Assembly: GCF_964213995.1 (NCBI RefSeq)
Contig: NC_135808.1
Location: 12,090,001 to 12,154,000, forward strand
Length of the DNA stretch: 64,000 nucleotides
DNA from: Mustelus asterias
Lineage: Eukaryota
Direction of reading: 5' to 3'
The translations under genes and the position numbers were made by a program. Numbering within the stretch: the stretch's first letter is position 1; each line of letters opens with the position of its first letter. This document shows positions 23,921 through 37,417 of this stretch, in pieces. The notes under the pieces are model-generated. The model searched no databases. It was not told where the DNA came from and worked only from the letters and a program-made list of their open reading frames with translations.

Positions 23921-25394
23921 GGGGGAGGAGGATTGGGTCAGTGGGCCGGGGGAGGGGGGATTGGGTCAGTGGGCCGGGGGAGGGGGGATTGGGTCAGTGG
24001 GCTGGGGGAGGGGGGATTGGGTCAGTGGGCTGGGGGAGGAGGATTGGGTCAGTGGGCCGGGGGAGGGGGGATTGGGTCAGTGGGCTGGGGGAGGGGGGAT
24101 TGGGTCAGTGGGCCGGGGGACGGGGGATTGGGTCAGTGGGCTGGGGGAGGGGGGATTGGGTCAGTGGGCTGGGGGAGGGGGGATTGGGTCAGGGGGCTGG
24201 GGGAGGGGGGATTGGGTCAGTGGGCTGGGGGAGGGGGGATTGGGTCAGTGGGCTGGGGGAGGGGGGATTGTGTCAGGGGGCTGGGGGAGGGGGGATTGGG
24301 TCAGTGGGCTGGGGGAGGGGGGATTGGGTCAGTGGGCTGGGGGAGGGGGGATTGGGTCAGGGGGCTGGGGGAGGGGGGATTGGGTCAGTGGGCTGGGGGA
24401 GGGGGGATTAGGTCAGTGGGCTGGGGGAGGGGTGATTGGGTCAGGGGGCTGGGGGAGGGGGGATTGGGTCAGTGGGCTGTGGGAGGGGAGATTGGGTCAG
24501 TGGGCTGGGGGAGGGGGGATTGGGTCAGTGGGCTGGGGGAGGGGGGATTGGGTCAGTGGGCTGGGGGAGGGGGGATTGGGTCAGTGGGTTGGGGGAGGGG
24601 GGATTGGGTCAGGGGGCTGGGGGAGGGGGTATTGGGTCAGTGGGCTGAGGGGAGGGGGGATTGGGTCAGGGTCTGTGGGAGGGGAGTTTGGGTCAGTGGG
24701 CTGGGGAAGGGGGGTTTGGGTCAGTGGGCTGTGGGAGGGGGGATTGAGTCAGTGGGCCGGGGGAGGGGGGATTGGGTCATGGGCTGGGGGAGGCGGGATT
24801 GGGTCAGGGGGTTGGGGGAGGGGGGAGGGGGAGGGGGGATTCCGTCAGGGGGCTGGGGAGGGGGGATTGGGTCAGTGGGTTGGGGGAGGGGGATTGGGTC
24901 AGTGGGCCGGGGGAGGGGGGATTGGGTCAGTTGGCTGGGGGAGGGGGGATTGGGTCAGGGGGAGTGGGGAGCGGTGTTCGGGTCAGTGGGCTGGGGGAGG
25001 GGGGATCGGGTCAGTGGGCTGGGGGAGGGGGGATCGGGTCAGTGGGCTGGGGGAGGGGGTTCGGGTCAGTGGGCTGGGGGAGGGGGGATTGGGTCAGGGG
25101 GCTGGGGGAGGGGAGATTGGGTCAGGGGGCTGGGGGAGGGGGGATTGGGTCAGGGGGCTGGGGGAGGGGGGATTGGGTCAGTGGGCTGGGGGAGGGGGGA
25201 TTGGGTCAGTGGGCTGGGGGAGGGGGGATTGGGTCAGGGGGCTGGGGGAGGGGGGATTGGGTCAGGGGGCTGGGGGAGGGGGGATTGGGTCAGGGGGCTG
25301 GAGGAGGGGGCATTGGGTCAGTGGGCTGGGGAGGGGGGTTTGGGTCAGGGGGCTGGGGTAGGGGGGATTGGGTCAGGGGGCTGGGGGAGGGGGC
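23921..25394 (+). repeat. 28-bp G-rich minisatellite, ~52 units
   Basis: Same unit, upstream of copy C. Confidence 0.97.
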
Positions 25395-25541
25395 AGGAGG
25401 TCAGGAGCAGAGACAGCTGAAAGAATGGTCTCAATCTTAACTGAGAAATTGCTGAGTTCCTCACAAGTGTTGGGATTGAGGGGGGAGAGGGGGGTTTTAA
25501 GGAGTGTGTTTGTCGAGGGGAAAGGGAGAATGTTCTAAAAC

Positions 25542-25687
25542 TGACTTTATAAAGTGAAAAAGGCTCCAGACACAATAAAGGGGCTCAGTTTGATTGGATT
25601 ACAGAATTCCTGGCACTGAGAGTGTCTCTGATCACGTGAAGTCAAATCCAGGAAGTGCAGCTCGGAACAAGAGTTGAAAGTGAAAGA
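25542..25687 (+). promoter_or_regulatory. Proximal promoter module of TRIM copy C with ISRE
   Basis: Same module as copy B; GAAAGTGAAAG at 25676-25686. Confidence 0.6.
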
Positions 25688-25731
25688 GGTGGAACAGGGA
25701 AGAGAGACAGAGAGAGACTCTGAGCACTGGG

Positions 25732-28700
25732 ATGGCATCTCCGGATCTCACCCAGGAACTAACCTGTCCCATCTGCCTGGAGATATTCACCCAGCCCGTG
25801 TCTCTGGAATGTGAACATCACTTCTGCAGGAGCTGCATCTCCCAGAGTTGGGAGAAGGTCCCGGGTGATGTTTCCTGCCCCCAGTGTCGACAGGTCTTCA
25901 CCCAGAGGAACATCAGGCCCGCTCGCACCCTGGCTAACATCGTGGAGAAGCTCAGAGTGCTGAAGGTGACACAGCCAGAGGAGGAGTTTTACTGTCAGGA
26001 ACACGAGGAGAAGCTGAAACTGTTCTGTGAAGTTGAACAGAGAGCCATCTGTGTGGATTGCTGGGGTTCAGAACATCAAACTCACAAAGATCTGCACATC
26101 AAAGAGGCTGTCCAGCTCTACAAGGTACTGATTCACTGCTATGGACACAGACAGGGAGGGAAGAGGGGGAGGCGGTGGGGGTAACAGAGGGAGAGAGGGT
26201 TTGTAGAGTGAGGGGAGGGAGAGGAGGGGGGCAGGAGAGACTGGGCTGGGGATGTGTGAGGAGGTGGAGAGTGTTGGGAAGGGGGGATCATTGGGAGAAT
26301 GTTGTTGGAGGAGGGGAATGGACCTGGAGGAGGATAATTGCAACAGGCGGAATTAACACAAAGTTTCTACTTAATTTCTATATCCTTTCATCCCAAACAT
26401 TGAGAGGGACCAATCCTGGGAATATCTCCTTCCCTCCTTCACCAGTGTGAGTGGATTTAAAAACAGCAAACTCCTCCAGAAGGTGCCGTTAGCGGGTGTT
26501 CCCTTTCACAACCCTCTTTGTGTCCTTTCTGTCTGCCAGAACAAGTTAGAAACATCATTGGAGACTCTGCAGAAGCAAATGGACCTCAGTCTTCACAGTA
26601 AAAGAGAAGGAGAGGATGGCATTTCACAGATGAATGTAGGAGAGTGTCCTTTAGGCTTTGTGTAATGTTCCCTGTGTTTGTCATTGAGAGTGAGTGAGCT
26701 TCTCACACAGTGAGAGAGAGGGAGAGAGTTTTACTGAATAAAATGCTGGGGTCCAAATCACATTGCAGCTGCTCCCTGAACTGGACTGTAAGGGAGCGTC
26801 TGTAAATTGCAAAATATGGCAACAATGTATAAAGGTCTAATTTTACCGCTGCACCCAATCTCAACAATTCATTAAATAAATCTAGTCAGTAACTCACTCC
26901 CTGATGTCCATTATCCTATAGATAAACCATCTGAACCCCTCCATTAGATTCCAGCCTGTAACTCACTCCCAGGTATCCATTATTCTATAAATAAACCATC
27001 TGAACCCCACAATTAGATTCCAGTCTGTAATTAACTCCCAGGTAAACATTGATCTATGTATAAATTTGAACCCCTCGATTAGTTTTCTCTCAGTAACTCA
27101 CTCCTTGCTCTCTTATATTTTATCATAAACCATTGGTATAATTTTACTGTGTTCAGCTGTAACTCACTCCCACACGCCGAATATTCCATCAAACAGCTGA
27201 TCGTGCAGTGAATGGGCAGAGACCAGGGACACTGGGATTAGAGACATTGTTTATTCCGCTCTGGTTTCAATCTGTTCCAGACTGAAGTTGAGAGACTGAG
27301 AAATGAAATCCGCAGTGAATTTGAAAAGATGCACAAGTTCCTGTTTGAGAAGGAAGAGCTGATGAAAACAGAGTTGGAGCGAAAAAGCAATAAAATATTT
27401 GAGGAAATGGAGAACAATTTAAAGAAAACCTTGGATGAAATGTCTTCTGTTGAAGGAGCAATAAGAGATCTTCAATCCAGGCTGGAGATACAAAAGGCTC
27501 CAGAGTTCCTCAAGGTACAAAACCTCTTTGCCTTGTCCAGGAGAATATTGGGGGACTGAGGGCTGACACACTGACCTTTAACCTCTGGGCCTGGGTTTGG
27601 CCTCAGTCTGATTGGGTGGATGATTATCTCTTGCTGCTGTCAGTGAGGGTGCAGTGGGAGATGGGGTGAGGTAATCTCAGTGTGATTCCTATACACAGTG
27701 TAACCACAGCACTGAGTGATGTTTGGATTCAGAGAGAACTGTGCTGGTAGCTGGAGGGATTTACACTGGGGCAGATGGGGCTGTTCTGAGGATGGGGTTA
27801 AGGGGCATTGTTGAAGTGTAGAAGGTAGATCTTTATTGTGCTGCGGGTTCTGCTGTTCCTGACCCTGCAAACGCTTGATTCAACTGAAGACACAGCCAGC
27901 AATGGGGTTGGGATTGAAATCGAGGATTCAGAGAAGACACAAATTAGAGGAGTGCAGATGTCTCCGAGCGTTGTGGAGCTGGAGGAGATCACAGAGACAG
28001 AGAGGAGTGAGGCCAGGGAGGAATTTGAAAACCAGGATGAGAATGTTTTCAATGAATACGTTGTTGAGCTGGGAGCCAGTGGAGGTCACCAAGCACCGGG
28101 GTGATGGGGGCTACGATCAGATAGATAAGAATGTAAGCTGCTGAGGACAGGACATCCAGCTGGACATGGGCACCGGGAGGGGTGGTTGGGTGATCAGGAA
28201 TATTTGGGAATGGGATAGAGGGACACAAGAGATGGGTCACATGGAGATAATGAGCTCAGAGTGGGAATGAAAGTAAAAAGGAAAAGCTATTTTCTAAATA
28301 ATTCCTCGGTGTCTCCATTCTGTTCCCCCCTCATAATTTCTCCCTGAGATTTACAGCAACAGATCTTTAATCTGAGCTCAGGAACATAGGAATTAGGAGC
28401 AGGAGTCGGCAATTCAGCCCTTCGAGCCTGCTCCGCCATCCAATCAGATCATGGCTGATCTCTCCCTGGTCTCAAATCCACCTCCCCACCTGTTCCCCAT
28501 ATCCCTTTAACCTGTTTTTTTTATCAGAAATATATCCATCTCCTTCTTGAAACTATTTAATGATTCCGACTCCACCGCGCCACGGGGCAGCGAGTTACAC
28601 AAATTTACCCCCCTCTGCGAGAAGTTGTTCCTCCTCCTCTCAGTTTTAAATCTACCGCCTCTCAACCTATACCTGTGACCCCTTGTTCTAATCTGACTCA

Positions 28701-30759
28701 ATAATATCCATTCTGTTTCTGTCCCCTCAGGATATACAAGACCTTGTGAAGAGGTAAGCAGATTTAAAGGAACAGTTTTGCGATGTGATCGCTGCTGTCT
28801 CTCTCACACAGACTGATTTGTGGACCTGTTTTTACAGGAGTCAGATGGAGTTTCACCAGGCTGGAACTGTCTCCACTCAGTTACCTGTGGGTATCGATGG
28901 TGGACCATTCAAATACATCAATGTGTGGAGGGAAATGAGAGCAGTGATTTCACCAGGTATCATTCTCTGTATATTGCCATCTCCGTACTGTTATCCACGT
29001 GACTAATGGGCTTTGACACACTGATGGAATGACCATAAGAAAGAAGAGCAGCAGTGATCCAGCCCAGTGAACCTGCTCTGTTTTTGGATAAGATTATGAC
29101 TGATCTGCTTGTGGCCTTCACTCTACTTACCCCCCCTCCCCACCCCACATAACCCTTAACCCCCTTGTTGATCAAAAATCTATCCAACTCAGCCTTGTAG
29201 TCAATGAGGCAGCCTCCACTGCTCTCTCTGTGGAAGAGAATTCCAAAGACTAATGACCCTCTCAGAGGAGAAATTCCTCCTCATCGCCGTCTTATATCAC
29301 CCTTTTATTGAAGCTTTGCTGCCGAGATCTAGATTTCCCCAGGAGATGAAACACCCTCCCAGCATCTACCCTGTCAAAGGGACCCCCTCAGAATCTTCCA
29401 TGTTTCAAGAAGATCACCTCTTATTCTTCTAAACTTCAATGAGTTTTGACCCAACTTGCTCAACCTTTCCTCAGAAGACAATCCCTTCATCTTAGGAATC
29501 AACCGAGTGAACCTTCTCTGAACAGCGTCCAATGAAAGTATCTCCCTCCTGATGTAAGGTGACCAAATCTGTACACAATACTCAAGCTGCAGTTTCACCA
29601 GTGAACACAGGAGGAGATCGTTCGGCCCATTGTGTTCCTGCTAGCTCGCTGCAAGACAACTCAACTGCTCGCACTCCTCCACCTTCTCTCTCTCACTCTG
29701 CAGATATTTCCTCTTCAGATAATGATCCCATTCTCTTTGAAATCTGAGATTGAATCTGATTCCATCACAGTGCGTTCCACATCCTAAACACTGGCTGTGT
29801 GAAAAGGTTTTTCCTCGCGTTACTGTGGCTCCCTTTGTCAATCACTTTAATTTCTGTGTCCTCTAGTTCTCCATCCTTCCACCAATGGGAACAGTTTCTT
29901 CCGATCTACCCTGCCCAGACCCCTCATGATTTTGAACATCTCTATCTAATCTCCTCTTAGTCGTCTCCTCTCTCAGTAGAGCCACCCCAGTTTCTCCGAT
30001 CTATCTACATACCTGAAGTTCCTATCCCAGGAACCATTCTGGTGAATCTTTTCTGCACTCTCTCTGAGACCTTCACATCCTCCCTAAAGTGCGGTGTCCC
30101 GAACCGGTGCAGAATGATAAACAACAGCAAACAATTCTGGGTCAGAATCCAATGTTGTCTGTACACGTCTCGTGATTCACTCTGCTTTTCTTATAGTAAC
30201 GGCTTCCCATTTATGTTCCCTCCCAGTTCCATCATCTCTCACCCTGGATCCAGATACAGCAAACAACCGACTCATCATTTCCCAGGATCTGAGCAGTGTG
30301 AGGTTTGGAAATGAAGATAAAGATCTTCCTGATAATCCAGAAAGATTTGATATAAAATTGTATGTTTTGAGCTGCCAGAGTTTCACATCAGGGAGAATTT
30401 ACTGGGAGGTGGGTCTTGGAAACAAGACTGACTGGGTAGTGGGTGTCTGCAGAGAGTCTGTCAACAGGAAAGGAAAGATCATTCCTTCGCCTGAGAATGG
30501 ATTCTGGGTCATCGCCCGGCTTCGTGACTGCAAATCAGAGAAAATCCCGGATGTCATCTCCCAGCTGAAAGTGAAACCCCGGAAGTTAGGAATTTCCCTG
30601 GATTATGAGGGGGGACAGGTGTCATTTTACGATGCTGAGGACATGTCTCACCTGTACACATTCACTGACACATTCACCGAGAAACTCTACCCCATCTTTA
30701 ATCCTTGTAATAATGCCTCTGGTAACAACACTGAGCCACTCACACTGCTCACGTGTTAA
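25732..30759 (+). CDS. TRIM gene copy C, complete RING-B-box2-CC-PRY/SPRY protein, 465 aa
   Basis: join(25732-26124,26540-26635,27281-27514,28731-28753,28838-28956,30227-30759) = 1398 nt open frame with GT-AG introns. The C-terminal half of the B-box is divergent. Confidence 0.92.
26886..27105 (+). repeat. 69-bp satellite, ~3 units (intron 2 of copy C)
   Basis: Same unit. Confidence 0.9.
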
Positions 30760-30890
30760 CATAGTGGAACACACTTTCTGAGGTCAGGGCTTTGGGGAGA
30801 AGGCTGATTCACCGTGCAAACTGCTCACATTGCCCTGATTCTCTGCTGTGTGCTGTCAGGGGGTGAGTGTGTTTGAATTAGCAGTTTATT

Positions 30891-32544
30891 AGACCACAAG
30901 ACCATGAGGCATCAGAGCAGAATTAGACCACTCGGCCCATCGAGTCTGCTCCACCATTCAATCATGACTGATATTTTTCTCATCCCCATTCTCCTGCCTT
31001 TTCCCCATAACCCCTGATCCCCTTATTAATCAAGAACCTATCTATCTCTGTCTTAAAGACACTCAAGAACCTGGTCTTCACAGCCTTCTGCGGCAAAGTG
31101 TTTCTCAGATTCACCACTCTCTGGATGAAGAAATTACTCCTCATCTCTGTTTTAAAGGATCGTCCCTTTAGCCTGAGGTTGTGCCCTCTGGTTCCAGTTT
31201 TTCCTGCTCGTGGAAACATCCTCTCCATGGCCACTCTATCCAGGCCTCGCAGTATTCTGAAGTTTCAATAAGATCCCCGTTCATCCTTCTAAACTCCAAC
31301 GAATACAGACCCAGAGTCCTCAACCATTCCTCATACGACAAGCTCTTCATTCCAGGGGTCATTCTTGTGAACCTCCTCTGGACTGTCCAAGGACAGCACA
31401 TCCTTAGATACGGGGCCCAAAACTGCTCACAATATTCCAAATGGGGTCTGACAGCCTTATAAAGCCTCAGAAGTACACCCCTGCTCTTGTATTTGGAGGA
31501 AGATGTAGCTGGTGTGATCAATAAGTTTGCGGACGACACGAAGATTGCTGGAGTTGCGGATAGTGATGAACATTGTCAGAGAATACAGCAGGATATAGAT
31601 AGGCTGGAACATTGGGCAGAGAAATGGCAGATGGAATTTAATCCAGACAAATGCGAAGTGATGCATTTTGTTAGATCTAATGTAAGGGGGAGCTATACAA
31701 TAAATGGCAGAACCATCAGGAGTATAGACACACAGAGGGACCTGGGTGTACAAGTCCACAGTTCCTTAAAGGTGGCAGCACAGGTGGAGAGGGTGGTGAA
31801 GAAGGCATATGGCATGCTTGCCTTTATTGGACGGGGCATAGAATATAAAAGTTGGCATATGATGTTGCAGCTGTATAGAACGTTGGTTCGGCCGCATTTG
31901 GAATACTGCATCCAGTTCTGGTCGCCACACTACCAGAAGGACGTGGAGGCTTTGGAGAGAGTACAGAGAAGGTTTACCAGGATGTTGCCTGGTATGGAGG
32001 GTCTTAGCTATGAGGAAAGATTGGGTAAACTGGGGTTGTTCTCCCTGGAAAGACGGAGGATGAGGGGCGACCTAATAGAGGTGTGTAAAATTCTGAAGGG
32101 CATAGATAGGGTGAACAGTGGGAAGCTTTTTCCCCGGTCGGAGGTGACGAACACAAGGGGTCACAGGTTCAAGGTGAGGGGAACAATGTTCAACACAGAT
32201 GTCAGGGGGACGTATTTTACACAGAGGGTGGTGGGGGCCTGGAATGCACTGCCAAGCAACGTGATTGAGGCGGACACGCTGGGATCGTTTAAGACTTATC
32301 TAGATAGCCACATGAACAGACTGGGAATAGAGGGATACAAACGAATGGTCTCATTGGGCACATGAGCGGCGCAGGCTTGGAGGGCGAAGGGCCTGTTCCT
32401 GTGCTGTATTGTTCTTTGTTCTTTGTATTCTAGCCCTCTCAACATTAATGCTAACATTGCATTTGCCTTCCTAACTGCCGACTGAATCTGCATGTTAACC
32501 TTAAGAGAATCTTGAACAAGGACTCCCAAGTCCCTTTGTGTTAT
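30891..32544 (-). mobile_element. CR1 3' fragment (paralogue of 16990-17694), interrupted by a nested CR1
   Basis: Same sequence as in copy B, split at 31493/32423. Confidence 0.88.
31494..32422 (+). mobile_element. Nested 5'-truncated CR1 (family related to the 43466-47510 element)
   Basis: Open RT C-terminal frame from KFADDTK to the stop; (TTGTTCT)n tail; TSD TTGTATT at 31487-93 and 32423-29; empty site in copy B at ~17575. Confidence 0.92.
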
Positions 32545-32738
32545 TCTGTCATTTTAATTCAGATTCTCTCCCCATCTCACTGTCCCTATCCCAATCTAAA
32601 GGGACCCAGAAGCACTGAACAAGAATAGAATGAAGCATAATCTTCTGAATTGTGGTAACTGTGCCCTACTCTCAAACAATTCATTGTGATTCTTTATTTT
32701 GTTTGTGCCCTTGAATAAATACTTTATTTCTAAACTGT

Positions 32739-34025
32739 TGTCACGGACCCGGCTGATGTTAACTGCGAGAGTGTGCCAACCTGGAACACGGTTCACGGTT
32801 GTGTATAATCTTGTTGATGGGAACGGTGTGAGGAACCTCGTGTGAGACCCAGTGAGAAAGTAACCAGACCAGTTGTAGTATAACACTTACTAAAGACTAT
32901 TCCAATAAAGAAAAGACACATAGACACAAACAGGACTATAATGATCTAAGACAGTTACATATAGGAACTACCAAACATACCCCGCAGTTTCTGTAGAAAT
33001 TCCCAGGATGCTGCCTGGATTAGAGGGAATAAGCTGTAAGGAGAGGCTGGACGAACTCGGATTGTTTTCTCTGGAGCGGCAGAGGCTGGGGGGAGACCTG
33101 ATAGAAGTCTATAAAATTATGAGAGGCAGAGATCGGGTTGAGAGTCAGAAACATTTCCCTGAGTTAAAATGTCTAATACTAGGGGGCATGCACTTAAGGT
33201 GAGAGGGGGGGAAGGTTCAGGGGAGATGTGAGGGGCAATTTTCTTTACACAGAGAGTGGTCGGTGTCTGGAACGCGTTGCCGGGGGTGGTGGTGGTGGTG
33301 CAGGAAGATACAACAGGGGCATTTAAGGGGCTTTTAGATAAGCACATGAATATGCAAGGAATGGAGGGATATGGACCAAGGGGAAGGAGAAGGGATTAGT
33401 TTAATTTAGCGTCATATTCAGCACAACATCGAGGGCCGAATGGCCTGTTCCTGTGCGGTACTGTTCTATGTTCTATGCACCCTTTTTGATCCAAATTGTA
33501 TTTGAGATCTGAACTCTTTGAGGACTTCCCTATTCCTAAACATCATCCAGTTCAATAGATCGATAAGTAAAGGCCAGCTTATAGTTACCGCACTGTGTAC
33601 GATTGAGAAGTTACTCTGGGGAAGGTTTCTTCTTGGTTCAGCGATGATGTGGGTATTAACTGCCTCCACGAAGGTTTCTGCACTCTTGCCTCTGCTCTGC
33701 CAGCTAGAACTGGCTTATAGGCTGCTGGATGGAAACTGCCCAACGCTTCCACGAAAAGGTTGTCAATTATATCATTGTTTCCCTTTGAAGGATCTCTCTG
33801 TATATTTGGCTGCCTGTCCCCTCAGCTTCTGTTCATTCTAAAAGGTTAACATGTGTCCACTTTTCCGTGGACGGTGCAATCGTCGACTCAAAGGGATTGC
33901 GATTAGCAGGATGATGTGTTTCTTTTGGACTGTCGACAACAGCTAATCCCCTTGTTGGGAATCACATCCTGTGAAATAGCTTTGGAAATGCTGGTGGCTC
34001 TGAAGCTGCTGGAAACTTCATGACA
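32739..34025. mobile_element. Putative solo LTR (paralogue of 17891-19250)
   Basis: TG..CA termini with a short inverted repeat; flanks ACTGT/ACTGG. Confidence 0.6.
33002..33477 (+). mobile_element. CR1 3' fragment
   Basis: Paralogue of 18232-18700. Confidence 0.85.
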
Positions 34026-34347
34026 ACTGGACTGACACCTGGTGTGAGGATTATTGATTCAGAAAATGAGTGGAAAGAATTTATTTCCATTCATTTGTGG
34101 GATGCGGATGTCGCTGGCTGGACCAGCGTTTATTGCCCATTACAAATTGCCCTTGAGAAGGTGGTGGAGAGCTGCCTCCCTGAACAGCTGCAGTCCCTGT
34201 GGTGTAGGTACACCCACTGTGCTGTTAGGGAGGGAGTTCCAGGATTTTGACCCAGTGACAGTGAGGGAATGGGGATACATTTCCAAGTCAGGACAGTGAG
34301 TGACATGGAGCAGAGCTTCCAGGTGGTGGTATCAGGTATAACAATAT

Positions 34348-34654
34348 CAGCACTGCTGCCTCACAGCGCCAGGGAACCAGGTTCAATTCCCGGCTTGGGT
34401 CACTGTCTGTGTGGAGTTTGCACATTCTCCCCGCATCTGCGTGGGTTTCCTCCAAGTGCTCCGGTTTCCACCCACAGTCCAAAGATGTGCGGGTTAGGTG
34501 GCTTGGCCATGTTAAATTGCCTCTTAGTGTCAGGAGGACTAGCTCGGTAAATATATGGGGTTATGGGGATAGGGTCTGGGTGGGATTGTGGTCGGTACAG
34601 ACTCAATGGGCCGAATTGCCTCTTTCTGCTTTGTAGGATTCTATGATTCGATGA
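34348..34654 (+). mobile_element. HE1-type SINE
   Basis: Paralogue of 19573-19879. Confidence 0.87.
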
Positions 34655-35709
34655 CTTATGACCATTCAGTCAGAACCTGTCTAAACATCAACATCAACTC
34701 CACTTTCCCACCCTATCCCTTCACTCCCTTTGTAGACAAGAAGATATCGATCTCTGGGTTGAATATTCTCGCTGACAGCTCACCGAGGTAGAGAATCCCA
34801 AAGATTCACATCTCTCTCTGAGTGAAGACATTTCTCCTCGTCTCAGTCTTAAATGGCCGACCCCTTATCCTGATTCTGTGACTCCGAGTTCTAGAGCAGT
34901 CTCAGCATCGACCCTGTCAGGATCCCGAACAATTGTGTCTGTCTCAATAAGATCACCCCTTATTCTTCTAAACTTTAAAGATTACAGATCCATTGTACTC
35001 ACTCTCTCCTCATATAGAACAACCCTTTCACCCCAAGAATCTATTCAGTGAACCTTCATTGCAGCCTCTAAGGTAAGTCTAGGTTTCCTTAGGTAAGGAG
35101 ATTAAAACTGTGCCCAGTCCCCCAACTGTGACCACACCCAGTCGCTGTTTCATTGCAGCAAGACTTATACTCTTATACATCAGCCCCATTGTAATAAAGG
35201 CGAACATAACATTTACCCTCCTAATTGTTCACTGTATCTGCTTGTTAACTTTCTCTGCTTCACCCCAAATCCCTCTGACTCCCAACATTTACAAGTCTCC
35301 CATCTTTCAAATAAATTATCCTGATATCCTCATCGAGTCATAGAGGTTTACAGCATGGAAACAGGCCCTTCGGCCCAACTTGTCCATGCCGCCCAGTTTT
35401 TACCACTAAGCGAGTCCCAATTGCCCCCATTTGGCCCATATCCCTCTATACCCATCTTACCCATGTAACTGTCTAATAGCTTTTTAAAAGACAAATTGTA
35501 CCCACCTCTACTACTGCCGCTGGTAGCTCATTCCAGACACTCACCACCCTGTGTGTGAAAAAATTGCCCCTCTGGATCCTTTTGGATCTCTCCGCTCTCC
35601 CCTTAAAATGTGACCTCTAGTTTTAGACTCCCCTAACTTTGGTAAAAGGTGTGACTAGCTACCTTATCTATGCCCCTCATTAATTTATAGACCTCGATAA
35701 GATCTATAA

Positions 35710-36059
35710 GGGGTGGCACGGTAGCACAGTGGTTAGCACTGCTGCTTCACAGCTCCAGAGACCTGGGTTTGATTCCCGGCTTGGGTCACTGTCTGTGTGT
35801 AGTTTGCACATTCTCCTCGTGTCTGCGTGGGTTTCCTCCGGCTGCTCCGGTTTCCTCCCACAGTCCAAAGATGTGCGGGTTAGGTTGATTGGCCATGCTA
35901 AAATTGCCCCTTAGTGTCCTGGGATGCGTAGATTAGAGGGATTAGCGGGTAAAATATGTAGGGATGTGGGGGTAGGGCCTGGGTGGGATTGTGGTCGGTG
36001 CAGACTCGATGGGCCGAACGGCCTCTTTCTGTACCGTAGGGTTTCTATGATTTCTCTGA
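35710..36059 (+). mobile_element. Full-length HE1-type SINE
   Basis: Paralogue of 20928-21277. Confidence 0.92.
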
Positions 36060-37417
36060 AGATCACCCCTCAGCCTCCTCGGCTCCAGGGAAACAAGTCC
36101 CAGTCTATCCAACCTCTCCTAATAACTCAAACCATCAAGTCAGAGCAAAGAGGATAATTGTACAAAAGAGATCGGGGCATTGAGACGCTCCAGTCTGTCC
36201 CACCGTTCTGTTGGGTCATAGCTGATCTGTATCGAAACCACATTTACTGACCTTGGTTTTATAGTGTCGGAGCCTTTGTGTGAAGAAGCTTTTCCTGAAA
36301 TCCCCCCCTTGAACTCCCTCATCCTGATGGGCACTTTTCCCATGTTGGCAGGAAGGGCTTTACATGGAGCAGCCACGCCATCTGCTGGCAGTGCTGTGAA
36401 TGGCCACTTGCTCTGTCAGCTGCCTTTAAACTGGAGGCTGGATTTAGTGAGGCCGTCAATATAAGATAGTCATTAACAAATCCAATCGGGAATTCGAGAC
36501 CAACATCTTTACCCAGAGAGCGGTTAGAATGAGGAACTCCCTCCCATTCATGGAGAACAGGAATGGGGAAGGGGTTTGATGTGGGAAATTTCTCACAAAT
36601 CAATAAGATTTGAGAACAGTAGACGTTTAGATACTGACAGGATTAATAGCAACGGGTTCATGATTCTTAAAACAAGATTGTAGGCTAATGAGAGAAGAGA
36701 TTACACACATGTGAACGCAGTGAGAGAGTTAAACAAGTAATTATGATTTAAACATATATGCTGATATTTTAAATGTATTTTAAGTGTTGTACGAATTATT
36801 CACTTCAGCCGAAGGCAGGTTACCGCAAGGTATGATGGGAAAGGTGAATAGTTCAGAACCAAAGGCCTGGGAATCCTGTACTTTGCAAAATTCATCTCCG
36901 GAAGTTTCTTATGCAGCAACACATGTTGCAATTTTATGAATAGGTGTTTTCCTTGTCCTAGAACTGTATCTGCTTGTTAACTTTCTCTGCTTCACCCCAA
37001 ATCCCTCTGACTCCCAACATTTACAAGTCTCCCATCTTTCAAATAAATTATCCTGATATCCTCATCGATTCATAGAGGTTTACAGCATGGAAACAGGCCC
37101 TTCGGCCCAACTTGTCCATGCCGCCCAGTTTTTAACCACTCAGCTAGTCCCAATTACCCTCATCCTGATGGGCACTTTTCCCATGCTGGCAGGAAGGGCT
37201 TTACATGGAGCAGCCACGCCATCTGCTGGCAGTGCTGTGAATGGCCACTTGCTCTGTCAGCTGCCTTTAAACTGGAGGCTGGATTTAGTGAAGCCGTCAA
37301 TATAAGATAGTCATTAACAAATCCAATCGGGAATTCGAGACCAACATCTTTACCCAGAGAGCGGTTAGAATGAGGAACTCCCTCCCATTCAAGGAGAACA
37401 GGAATGGGGAAGGGGTT

